35,999 nucleotides of DNA from assembly GCA_043756665.1 (NCBI GenBank), contig JAYUQR010000056.1:1-35999 (forward strand), read 5' to 3'. Of the stretch, positions 1 to 7,801 are shown piece by piece. Position numbers and translations under genes: made by a program. Position 1 is the stretch's first letter, and every line of letters starts with the position of its first letter. This DNA is from Candidatus Altimarinota bacterium. Lineage in GTDB: Bacteria > Patescibacteriota > Gracilibacteria > BD1-5 > UBA2023. The notes beneath the pieces were generated by a model. It did not search any database and was not told the DNA's origin. It saw only the letters and a program-made list of their open reading frames with translations.

Positions 1-6
1 TGGCAT

Positions 7-63
7 AGAAAAAGTGGGTTAAGTACTGATATTTTTAGCGAATTCAGTATACCCACTTTTTCT
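7..63. terminator. Long hairpin, probable bidirectional terminator for a gene left of the window
   Basis: agaaaaagtgggt (7-19) is the exact reverse complement of acccactttttct (51-63). Inner stem tactga/tcagta (24-29/44-49). A-run before, T-run after. Confidence 0.45.
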
Positions 64-139
64 ATTTTAGTGAAAGGATGTGTTTGGACTTAACAAGTAA
101 GTACTCCCGTACCATTTATTATTATTTCATTTTTACAAT

Positions 140-274
140 ATGACTACTCGTAATATCGACTCTACATCTCGCAATACAAAAGATGAATCCAAAAATAGTG
201 GAGGTTCACAGTCTGATGGAAGTTCAAAATCAGACGGAAAGGGAAAAGGTGGTAATTCATCTTCAAGTAAATAA
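140..274 (+). CDS. Small hydrophilic Gly/Ser/Lys-rich protein (44 aa), hypothetical
   Basis: ATG 140, TAA 272-274: MTTRNIDSTSRNTKDESKNSGGSQSDGSSKSDGKGKGGNSSSSK. Below the ORF-track size cut-off. Composition resembles the next ORF. No family recognised. Confidence 0.3.
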   Translation: MTTRNIDSTSRNTKDESKNSGGSQSDGSSKSDGKGKGGNSSSSK

Positions 275-322
275 TCTTTTCTTTCTCAGATTCGTTTTAT
301 ATGCAATTTAACTTTACATTTT

Positions 323-508
323 ATGTTTACTCAAGAAAATAATAAAAATTCTGGTGGAAGTCCAGGAGGTTCACAGTCTGCAGGAGCAGATCCAAAAGAT
401 AAGGAGAGTACTAATCCAAATCCAGATAGAAACACAGAAATCTGAAGTAACGGTCCTGATTCGAAATCTTGAAATAGCGGTTCTGATCCCAGTTCAAATA
501 ACCGATAG
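323..508 (+). CDS. Small hydrophilic Gly/Ser/Asn/Pro-rich protein (61 aa), hypothetical
   Basis: ATG 323, TAG 506-508, two in-frame UGA (443-445, 470-472) read as Gly. Followed by a terminator hairpin. Compositional paralog of 140-274. Confidence 0.35.
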
Positions 509-524
509 TCCATGAATTTCAAAA

Positions 525-553
525 ATATCTCTCCGACGGAGGGATATTTTTTT
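525..553 (+). terminator. Rho-independent terminator
   Basis: atatctctcc (525-534) / ggagggatat (538-547), one mismatch, 3-nt loop, then a T-run at 548-553. Confidence 0.6.
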
Positions 554-612
554 GTGAAGGGATTACATTTTATATATCAATCCAGACAGCGAGTACATCG
601 TAGATCAGGTAG

Positions 613-639
613 AAAAAATCTCTCAAACGAATGAGAGAT
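613..639 (-). terminator. Rho-independent terminator downstream of tRNA-Arg
   Basis: atctctca (618-625) / tgagagat (632-639). On the minus strand the hairpin is followed by a U-run (complement of the A-run at 613-617). Confidence 0.5.
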
Positions 640-653
640 TTTACGTTTCAAGA

Positions 654-731
654 TGGTGCAACCAGCAGGGCTCGAACCTGCGACCTCCTCCTTCGCAGGG
701 AGGCGCTCTAATCCAACTGAGCTATGGCTGC
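654..731 (-). tRNA. tRNA-Arg, anticodon GCG, CCA encoded
   Basis: Reverse complement GCAGCCA-TA-GCTC..GAGC-G-CCTCC-CTGCGAA-GGAGG-AGGTC-GCAGG-TTCGAGC-CCTGC-TGGTTGC-A-CCA folds as a cloverleaf. The loop CU-GCG-AA gives anticodon GCG. Confidence 0.85.
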
Positions 732-859
732 AAATAAGGGTTTACACCTTTAGATTTTTGGATTTTTAGAGGAGCGTGGGCATTCTATAGATTTTTCACT
801 TTTTGCAAGACTTTTATCTCAAGTGACGGCTCAAAAATCCCAATAATCCAAAATCCCAA

Positions 860-1198
860 CTATCCAGATCGTGGCACCCCATAAAAATCAAGACCCTTGA
901 GGTCAGTCATTGATTTCGTGATATAATTTTTCTTTTTCCCCTTCTTGAAAAATCCACGTTCATCGATAATACCGATCTCCACGAGCTGATCGATATTCTT
1001 CGTTGGAAGCTTTTTTTTCGGAAATGCCTCTTTATTCTGCATGTATCGAGTTCTCTTTTTATAGGAGAGATTGAATCGTGACTGTTTATTCTCATTTCCC
1101 GTGTATACAAGAGCCATCTTTTTCTTTCCTTTCGAAAGCTTTCGGGCAGCGGCTTGTTTTTTGACGATACTAGATTTGAGTCCGTGACTGTTAGCCAT
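860..1198 (-). CDS. Lys-rich basic protein (112 aa), hypothetical
   Basis: Uninterrupted ORF from the track, ATG start, no in-frame UGA. Strongly basic (KKQAAARKLSKGKKK, FFKKGKKKN). No family recognised. Confidence 0.45.
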   Translation of the reverse strand: MANSHGLKSSIVKKQAAARKLSKGKKKMALVYTGNENKQSRFNLSYKKRTRYMQNKEAFPKKKLPTKNIDQLVEIGIIDERGFFKKGKKKNYITKSMTDLKGLDFYGVPRSG

Positions 1199-1277
1199 AG
1201 TATTAGAGTATTGGAACTTTAGAGTATTAGAATATTTGGAGGAACTATGGGCTCGAATTTCAGAGGAGCAGGAAAGA

Positions 1278-1649
1278 TTATTTACTGTCGGTGAGAGATC
1301 TCTTATATCGGATAAAACCGGATAAAAGTTTCAATACAGTTTCTATCTCGCCTGTAATGGTTTCATGAAAAGCATCTCAGATATGTCCGAGCCGGTACGA
1401 TAGAATTACTTGTGTCTCGAGCTCCATAGCAGAACCTCTTGCAATAGTGAGAAATCGGATTAATTCAGCGTTTGACGATCTTCACATTCACTCGGCGATA
1501 TTGCTCGGGATCGAGAGAGACGCACGTTTCATTTGATCAGATAGGTTGTACGTGAGACTTTTCGGAAGAGTTTCACATACTTGAAAAAAAGTTTCAGCCA
1601 GCTTCATTGATCTTTCCCAGACTTCCAGATTCTTATAGTGAGTATTCAT
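1278..1649 (-). CDS. Four-helix-bundle protein (23S rRNA intervening-sequence / S23-like family)
   Basis: ATG 1649, TAA 1278-1280, 123 aa with three in-frame UGA: MNTHYKNLEVWERSMKLAE...SIPSNIAE(G)M(G)RSSNAELIRFLTIARGSAMELETQ. This matches the family signature NLxVWQ...IPxNIAEGxGR...FLxIArGSxxEl. Two UGA codons (1488-1490, 1482-1484) fall on the invariant Gly of AEGxGR. Confidence 0.85.
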
Positions 1650-1691
1650 TTTTTCTAAAAATCCAATAGTCCAAGATTCTACAATCTAAAA

Positions 1692-1770
1692 TGGAGCGGG
1701 GAAACGGGTTCGAACCGTCACACCCAAGGGTTGAAGCCTTAGTACACTCACTCTTTTATGTTACCCCCGC
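1692..1770 (-). tRNA. tRNA-Gly with anticodon UCA (UGA decoder), CCA encoded
   Basis: Reverse complement GCGGGGG...TAAGG-CTTCAAC-CCTTG-GGTGT-GACGG-TTCGAAC-CCGTT-TCCCCGC-T-CCA. The loop is C-U-UCA-A-C; the anticodon is the complement of 1732-1734. It has a 5-nt variable loop and a 7-bp acceptor stem. G1:C72, C2:G71, G3:C70, U73 and C35 are bacterial glycine identity elements. The D-arm is atypical and I could not number it cleanly. Confidence 0.8.
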
Positions 1771-1890
1771 ATGAGATAATGGACAATGTACAATGAAAAA
1801 TGTACAATGTAGAGCTCGGGCAGTATATAAAAATGAGTCAAAAAGTCAAAAATCTCTTTGGATTTCGAGATTTTTTTCTATATTCGATAT

Positions 1891-3597
1891 ATGAATACTT
1901 CACCGAATACATCACTTCTCCATGAGATTCTCGAAGCACTCCTTACGGATCCAACTGTTATAACGAAAGAAGGTTTTCAAAAACTCAAGAATGCTATCCT
2001 CGGAAAGTATGGAGAAAAAGAAACGCCGACCTCGATAGAACTGATTGCTCATTATGCTGCATGAATCTCATCTGGCACATACCGAGAAGATTCTCGTGTG
2101 AGGAAAGTTCTCAGAAAAAGACCGATTCGTTCTCTTTCCGGAGTTTCAGTGATCTCCCTCCTCACCAAGTTTTGGGGATGTCCAGGTAAGTGTGTCTATT
2201 GTCCCACATATGACAATCTCCCAAAAAGCTATATCACGGATGAACCAGCAGTACAGCGAGCGGAGATGAATGCATTCGACCCATTTCGTCAGGTGCAGAA
2301 TCGACTCCAATCACTCTCGATGACGGGGAATGCGATCGCAAAATGTGATGTACGTGTTATCTGAGGAACATGGAGCGTTTATCCGAGAGAGTATCAGGAG
2401 GATTTTATTCGGAGTATTTATGATGCGCATACGAGTTTCAGGAGTTCGCAGTTCGCAGTTCGCAGTTCGCAGTCAGAACAAGGGAATCCATTTTTTGGTT
2501 CTGAAGCCCAAGATTCCAATATTCCAACATTTGAACAGTCACCCACTCTCGATAAGGCAAAAAAACGAAATGAAACTGCCTCGAGTCGAGTTATTGGTAT
2601 TGCCATCGAGACCCGTCCCGACTGGATTGATGAGGAAGAGTTGATATGCATACGCAACTATGGAGTCACTCGAGTGGAGATAGGGTATCAGACGACGGAT
2701 GATCGAATTAACGAGATCAATAAACGAGGTCATGGAAATCAGGAATCTATACGTGCAACCCGTCTCTTGAAAGATGCTGGTTTCAAGGTCGTAGCTCATA
2801 TGATGCCTGGACTCGTCTGATCGACGCCAGAAATCGATAGAGCATCGATGGCAGAAGTATTCGATAATCCTGACTATCGTCCTGATGAGATGAAGATCTA
2901 TCCTATGGTGGTGACGCCTCACTCAGAACTCGAGGATATCTGGCGTCGATGAGAATTCATCCCTTATGATGATGCCACGCTCATTCCCCTCATGTCTGAT
3001 CTCCAGGGTATGCTTCCTGAGTATCTGAGGCTCAATCGTATGTATCGAGATATCCCAGCGAGTCAGATCCTCGCAGGGTCAAAACTCGCGAACCTCAGAC
3101 AGATTACGGAGGTGAATATGCGTGCTCGCGGGATCGTCCGTCGAGATATCTCAGCCCGAGAGATCCGGGCTCGTGACAATGATCCTCATACGGCAATCCT
3201 CGATATCACTTTCTATGAGGCAAGTGGTGGTCATGAATACTTCCTCCAGTATATTGATCCGATTGATCGGACCATCTTTGGGTTGGCACGACTGCGTATT
3301 CCTTCACAGTATTTCACAGGAGAGACACATTTTATACCAGTATTGGATCGGGCTGCCATCATCCGTGAGCTCCATGTCTTCGGTGATCAGCTCTCTATCG
3401 GTGTTCCGTCAGATGGATCAGGACAACATATGGGATTCGGACGGCGGATGATGGCGGAAATGGAGCGGATCGTTCGGGAAAAGTATGAACAAATCGAGTG
3501 TATCGCAGTTATAGCAGGAGTCGGCGCAAAAGAATACTACAAAAAACTTGGATATACGGATGCAGATAGCTATATGATAAAAAAGTTGACAAATTAA
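1891..3597 (+). CDS. elp3: Elp3-family radical-SAM / GNAT enzyme (tRNA wobble-uridine cm5U-type modification)
   Basis: Frame 1 joins track ORFs 1858-2064, 2098-2364 and 2992-3597 through four UGA codons. Radical-SAM cluster motif GCPGKCVYCP; I(G)GTW..YPREYQ; IETRPDWI; EIGYQTTDD; C-terminal GNAT part QHMGFGRRMM...LGY. 568 aa. ATG 1891 preferred over the TTG at 1858. Confidence 0.9.
2443..2473 (+). repeat. Heptanucleotide tandem repeat (agttcgc) x4 plus a partial copy, inside elp3
   Basis: agttcgc at 2443, 2450, 2457 and 2464, then agt(c). Encodes SSQFAVRSSQS in a variable linker of Elp3. Confidence 0.9.
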
Positions 3598-3746
3598 AAA
3601 ATTATATTTTTACTTGACTCAATAGATATACATGCACTGGTAGTGTTAGTAGTATACATACACACATAAAAAAGTCTCTATATTTCTCCTTTTTTTTTCT
3701 GTAATACCTGTATAATTCCCACGTCTTTATTTTTTTCTTCCCCCTT

Positions 3747-4259
3747 ATGAAGCTCACTACGCGTGGTTTTACCCTCGTCGAACTCATGATCGTTATCGCG
3801 ATCATCGGTATCCTTGCTGCTGCCCTCTTCCCATCTATGACTGCCTATCTCAAGCGTTCTCGTGATGCTGCTCGTGTCTCAGGTACAAAGGATATATCCA
3901 CTGCTGCTGGTGCTTTCTTTACTGATAGAGAACGTTATCCTGATTCTACAAGTGTCGCTCCGATGGGTTGTGTTGGAAATTCTCTTACTACTGGATTTTC
4001 TACTGTCTATCTTCCAAAAGGTATTCCTGTTGACCCAACCTCAACCAATGATAATGGCTGTGGTAGTAATGGAAATTACGGTTATGGTTCAGGTAAAAAT
4101 GCAACTTCATTAGCACCACAGTTTTTCTTGACTACTAAGTTCGAAAACGTCAATGGTGGAAATACTGGTTCTATAGCTTGATACACTGGAGCTAATAGAA
4201 CCACTGGTCTCGGAACTCCTACTAAGGGAGCGGGTGCATTCTATGTTCTCTCGAATTAG
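3747..4259 (+). CDS. Type IV pilin / pseudopilin-like protein, paralog 1
   Basis: MKLTTRG|FTLVELMIVIAIIGILAA is a class III (prepilin) signal with G|F cleavage and Glu+5. One in-frame UGA (4179-4181) aligns with GGA (5017-5019) in paralog 2. TAG at 4257-4259. 170 aa. Shared C-terminus GTPTKGAGAFYVLSN. Confidence 0.85.
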
Positions 4260-4590
4260 TTCTGATACCCGATTTGAACTATTATCTCGAATTCATTGAT
4301 ACTACTCATTGAGTAAGAAGCATATGATCCTCTCGTATTCCGAAAAGAACACAAGAAAAGTCATACGCTTTTTCCTGGTGCGTTATATCAACTATAGATC
4401 CAGATGCTCGTGCAGCATACTCAGGATATTCGTGGATACGATTGATGGATTATAGTTGACAGAAATATAAAGTTCTGATACTCTCGAGTGACCATTAGAC
4501 ATACAGAAAAGAAAAAGTCTCTATATTTCTCCTTTTTTTTTCTGTAATACCTGTATAATGCCCACGTCTTTATTTTTTTTCTTCCCCCTT

Positions 4591-5097
4591 ATGAAGCTCA
4601 CTACTCGTGGTTTTACCCTCGTCGAACTCATGATCGTTATCGCGATTATCGGTATCCTTGCCGCTGCACTCTTCCCATCTATGACAGCTTACCTCAAGCG
4701 TTCACGTGACGCTGCTCGTGTCTCAGGTACAAAAGATATTTCTACTGCTGCAGGCGCATTTTTTACTGATAGAGAAAGATATCCTGATTCTGAACCAACC
4801 ACTGGTTGTGCTGGAAGTTCTACTGCTACCGGGTTTTCTACAGTCTATCTCCCTAAGGGTATTCCTGTAGATAATACTTCAACCAATAATAATGGTTGTG
4901 GACCGAACGGAAGATATGGCTATGGTTCTGGTAATAATTCAACCGGCAATGTGCCACAATTTTTCCTTACTTCCCAGTTCGAAAACGTCAATGGTGGAAA
5001 TACTGGTTCTATATTCGGATATACTGGGCAAAGTGTAATAATCAATCTCGGAACTCCTACTAAGGGAGCAGGTGCTTTCTACGTTCTCTCGAATTAA
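4591..5097 (+). CDS. Type IV pilin / pseudopilin-like protein, paralog 2
   Basis: Same prepilin N-terminus. ATG 4591 chosen by homology to paralog 1 (the track start 4558 is upstream in frame). 168 aa. Confidence 0.85.
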   Translation: MKLTTRGFTLVELMIVIAIIGILAAALFPSMTAYLKRSRDAARVSGTKDISTAAGAFFTDRERYPDSEPTTGCAGSSTATGFSTVYLPKGIPVDNTSTNNNGCGPNGRYGYGSGNNSTGNVPQFFLTSQFENVNGGNTGSIFGYTGQSVIINLGTPTKGAGAFYVLSN

Positions 5098-5149
5098 TTT
5101 TTATAAAATCCCTCCATATGCTGGGGGGATTTTTCTTGTAAGTATATAT

Positions 5150-5653
5150 ATGAAATTTCCTATTCGTGGGTTTACCCTCGTCGAACTCATGATCGTTATC
5201 GCGATTATCGGCATCCTTGCCGCTGCCCTCTATCCAGCGATCACGAACTATATCGGACGATGAAGAGATGCACAGAGAGTAGCGCATCTCAAGGATATAG
5301 GAACGGCATTGACGAACTTTGCGAGTGATAATAAAGAAGACTATCCTGCCACTCTGGCTGATTGTGACCTCTCCGGTTCCCTTATGGTATTTCTGAATAA
5401 AGAACTCAAGGACCCTTTTCCAACGAGAAATCATGGATGTGGTCCGAATGGATTTTATGGATATGGTACAGGGGTGATCAATGTGACGCAATATTATGGT
5501 GTCAGTGCTGATCTCGAGACAGAGTATGGTGGATACTGGGCTGCATCGGGCTCGAATAATCCATTTACGGGAACACTTGATGCAGGGGATATCAATAACC
5601 TGAAGTTCAATCTCTGAAAAGGGAAAGGTCCACTGTATGTACTGTCTCAGTAG
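5150..5653 (+). CDS. Type IV pilin / pseudopilin-like protein, paralog 3 (divergent)
   Basis: MKFPIRG|FTLVELMIVIAIIGILAAALYP. Joins track ORFs 5072-5263 and 5309-5617 through UGA at 5261-5263 and 5615-5617. Ends ...GPLYVLSQ, TAG 5651-5653. 167 aa. Confidence 0.8.
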
Positions 5654-5672
5654 AAAATCTTCCAAAATAAAA

Positions 5673-5696
5673 AATCCGCTTAAGCGGATTTTTTTG
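5673..5696 (+). terminator. Rho-independent terminator after the pilin cluster
   Basis: Perfect 18-nt palindrome aatccgcttaagcggatt (5673-5690) running into a T-run that ends at 5695. Confidence 0.75.
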
Positions 5697-5702
5697 ATAT
5701 CA

Positions 5703-5900
5703 AAATGGCGGAGGGACAGAGATTTACCCCTCTCGTGTGCACCCCATTCGAATGTCGTCTTGCTTCGCAAGTCTCGTTCTCAGGAGTATGGCTCGTACTT
5801 TGTACTCACACATCGTGCCGACTTCGTCGGACACTCGCACTCGGGAGTATGGCTCGTCCCGAATACTCGGGACTCGCACACGTTCTCATCTCTGTCTATA
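5703..5900 (-). other. GC-rich, hairpin-dense ~190-nt element ending in an exact copy of the last ~21 nt (including CCA) of the adjacent tRNA-Ser; att scar or tRNA-like ncRNA candidate
   Basis: aaatggcggagggacagagatt at 5703-5724 equals 5953-5974. Closing pairings: gacagagat (5715-5723) with atctctgtc (5888-5896), and cgtgtgc (5734-5740) with gcacacg (5875-5881). Internal hairpins cttgc-ttc-gcaag, ccgac-ttc-gtcgg and gtcccga..tcgggac. ggagtatggctcgt occurs twice (5782, 5844). Much more GC-rich than its flanks. Confidence 0.35.
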
Positions 5901-5916
5901 CTTCATCATTTTTGTT

Positions 5917-5940
5917 TTCAAAAAGCCCTCTTTCGAGGAC
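5917..5940 (-). terminator. Probable terminator of tRNA-Ser(UGA)
   Basis: Minus strand reads gtCCTCgaaaGAGGgcttttt: a short stem with a GAAA loop and a U-run, 16 nt downstream of the tRNA CCA. Confidence 0.45.
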
Positions 5941-5955
5941 TTGTGTAAAAACAAA

Positions 5956-6043
5956 TGGCGGAGGGACAGAGATTCGAACTCTGGGTACCTTGCGGCACGG
6001 CAGTTTTCAAGACTGCTGCAATCAACCACTCTGCCATCCCTCC
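5956..6043 (-). tRNA. tRNA-Ser, anticodon UGA, CCA encoded
   Basis: Reverse complement GGAGGGA-TG-GCAGAGTGGTTGATTGC-A-GCAGT-CTTGAAA-ACTGC-CGTGCCGCAAGGTACC-CAGAG-TTCGAAT-CTCTG-TCCCTCC-G-CCA. Long variable arm and G73 are typical of Ser. Confidence 0.9.
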
Positions 6044-6060
6044 GGATGTGTGGTAGGGGC

Positions 6061-6088
6061 AGTATAGGGAAGTGCGATTATTTGTCAA
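6061..6088 (-). promoter_or_regulatory. Sigma70-like promoter for tRNA-Ser(UGA)
   Basis: Minus strand: TTGACA (complement of 6083-6088), 16-nt spacer, TATACT (complement of 6061-6066), 17 nt upstream of the tRNA 5' end. Confidence 0.45.
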
Positions 6089-6181
6089 AATTATTTTGCA
6101 TTTTCCAGGAAAAGAGATAGACTGTCTAAGAAGTAATACGAACTCTTCATACTGAGACGGTAAAAATACCTCTTCTCAAAT

Positions 6182-6211
6182 AAAAAAGACATCTGTCAGG
6201 ATGTCTTTTTT
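6182..6211. terminator. Bidirectional rho-independent terminator
   Basis: gacatc (6188-6193) / gatgtc (6200-6205), flanked by an A-run (6182-6187) and a T-run (6206-6211). It lies downstream of the ruvA-nucleotidyltransferase unit on the minus strand. Confidence 0.6.
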
Positions 6212-6354
6212 ATTTCTGGATTAACGAAAAAATATCGTTATCCGAATTCTCCAAAAGGAGAAGGTAATACGAGTTCTCATACGAGAATTGGTAAAGAGTA
6301 AACCTCTCCACTCTCCGCAGAAAATGGAGAGCTCCGATAGTATAGGAGAATACA

Positions 6355-7101
6355 TTACTCTGTCAAAGTATTCAGGATGGTTTCATATACCTCTTTTCTC
6401 CGATCCTGATCATGAAATTTCAGCATCGTATCGGAGATGATAATGCCTTCTGGACTTCAGGATTTTTTCCATGAGCGAAGGGAATAGGGAAGGAGGAAAA
6501 ACCGGATCAACTGATTGAGATGGTGCATGAAGAAAAAAAGGATTTTCGATGAATTTTTTTTTCGAAGATTCTGGAATCAGAATTCCTGATTCTCTTCTTT
6601 TTGTTGAGGAGGGATACTGACCCAATTATTCATATCGAGAAAACTATCATAGGTATTATCTCTCTCATAGATAGGCTTCATAGAGGAGATCCAGTAGTAG
6701 AGATAGATATCATTATCGAGTGCAATCTCCTTCATATCGAGTGCCTCGGTCGTCACGAAAAATGAGAGACAGAAATTCCCACGAATATCCTCGCCGTGTC
6801 GCCAAACACCATGGAAGAAAAGCTGAGTAGTGATGCAAAAACGTACAAACCATATCATATCAGGCTCTGTCACGATAAAGAGATCGATATCAGAATCCTC
6901 ATGCGTCGCATACATCGAGAGAGAATTCACGACTGCGATCATCTCGATTCCAGGAATCCATGTGAGTTTCTGGATATATTTTCCTGCACGGTGAAAGAGC
7001 TCTATTTCTCGTTCATTGGGGAATTGTTTTACTCCCATGAGTATATCGAATTGCTCTTTATGGAGTTCTGAGAGATTGCGAATTTCAGTATCGTTTCACA
7101 T
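6355..7101 (-). CDS. Nucleotidyltransferase-fold protein, hypothetical
   Basis: Track ORF 6577-7038 extends through UGA (6577-6579, 6457-6459) to TAA at 6355-6357. The motif VVNSLSMYATHEDSDIDLFIV resembles the GS...D.D signature of pol-beta-type nucleotidyltransferases. The start is ATG 7101 (2 nt after the ruvA stop; second codon UGA) or ATG 7038. Confidence 0.55.
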
Positions 7102-7103
7102 AT

Positions 7104-7685
7104 TTATTTGAGTTTCTTGATAGCTTCACGGACTTTTTCTGCGAGTGGGAGATCAGAGCTCAGTGTCTCGATGATTTCCTCGACCCGAGTTTTATCGTAT
7201 CCCATCTGGACGAGTGAACTGATGACGAGGGTATTATTTGCATGCTTGGGTGTCGAAACCTGAGTGTGTTGGGATGTTTTAGAAAAGTTGATCGAGCCCT
7301 TAAGGTCGACGATGATTTTCTGAGCTGTTTTTTTCCCAATCCCAGGGACACTCGAGAGGAGGATGTCGTCCTCGAGGTGGATCGCTTTCATGAGATTCTC
7401 ATGACCGAGACCGAGGAGGGCGAGGGCTGTCTTCCCCCCGACACCATTGACTTTATTCAGTTCTCGAAAAAGTGATCGTTCATCAAAACTCGAGAATCCG
7501 AAAAGAGTTTCGCTCATTTCTGTCTGATGATGGTGAATCCAGAGCGACGATTCTCTCCCGATGAGGACACTTGAGAGGAGGATAGGAGATGCATATACAT
7601 CGAAACCGAGTCCTGTTCACTTCACTTCGATCGTGATCGTGATGCCATCGATCATGAGTAGCGTTCCGGTGATATGAGAGTACAT
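7104..7685 (-). CDS. ruvA: Holliday junction branch migration protein RuvA
   Basis: ATG 7685: MYSHITGTLLMIDGITITIEVK(G)TGLGFDVYAS...LFGF..ERSLFRELNKVNGVGGKTALALL...VPGIGKKTAQKIIVDLK... This shows the OB domain, two HhH motifs and the C-terminal domain III. One in-frame UGA. 193 aa. Confidence 0.9.
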
Positions 7686-7801
7686 AGTGAGATAGAGCTT
7701 AGAACTTAGGAATGAGAACTGAGGTTTTTGGTGGGGATGAAACGAGAGAAAATGAGTTCTCTTTTTCTTTGCATTATATCCAATCCCTATAGAATTGCGA
7801 T

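Larger units (their letters stand above)
3668..5097 (+). repeat. Tandem duplication: two ~590-bp units (3668-4259, 4512-5097), each a 5' leader plus a pilin gene
   Basis: The leader aaaaagtctctatatttctccttttttttt ctgtaatacctgtataat...cttccccctt ATG is near-identical at 3668-3746 and 4512-4590. The coding regions are highly similar through the first ~75 codons and again at the C-terminus. Confidence 0.85.

Noticed and set aside
1692-1770. tRNA with anticodon UCA interpreted as selenocysteine tRNA
   Set aside because: It has a 7-bp acceptor stem, a normal 5-nt variable loop, U73 and a G1-C2-G3 acceptor typical of Gly. UGA occurs about 100 times in ordinary genes, with no SECIS-like context needed.
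1784-1810. Recurrent atgtacaat(g) motif upstream of tRNA-Gly(UCA) (two copies), also at 30788-30797 upstream of the split tRNA; a possible shared regulatory site
   Set aside because: It is a 9-10 nt AT-rich motif in an AT-rich genome, with inconsistent distance and orientation relative to the tRNA starts. That is too weak to call without genome-wide statistics.
5060-5770. 236-aa minus-strand ORF
   Set aside because: It lies antisense to pilin paralog 3 and the terminator. The plus strand has an unmistakable prepilin signal and paralogy to the two upstream genes.
5703-5900. tmRNA (ssrA), because of the tRNA-like CCA 3' end and high structure
   Set aside because: The 3' end is an exact copy of tRNA-Ser (discriminator G, no G3:U70 Ala identity). 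There is no intact T-arm, no matching 5' acceptor strand upstream, and no plausible tag ORF. At ~190 nt it is too short.
5637-6120. Three overlapping plus-strand ORFs (103-127 aa) across this region
   Set aside because: They run through tRNA-Ser and the GC-rich structured element. The open frames are explained by local GC richness, and the translations look non-protein-like.
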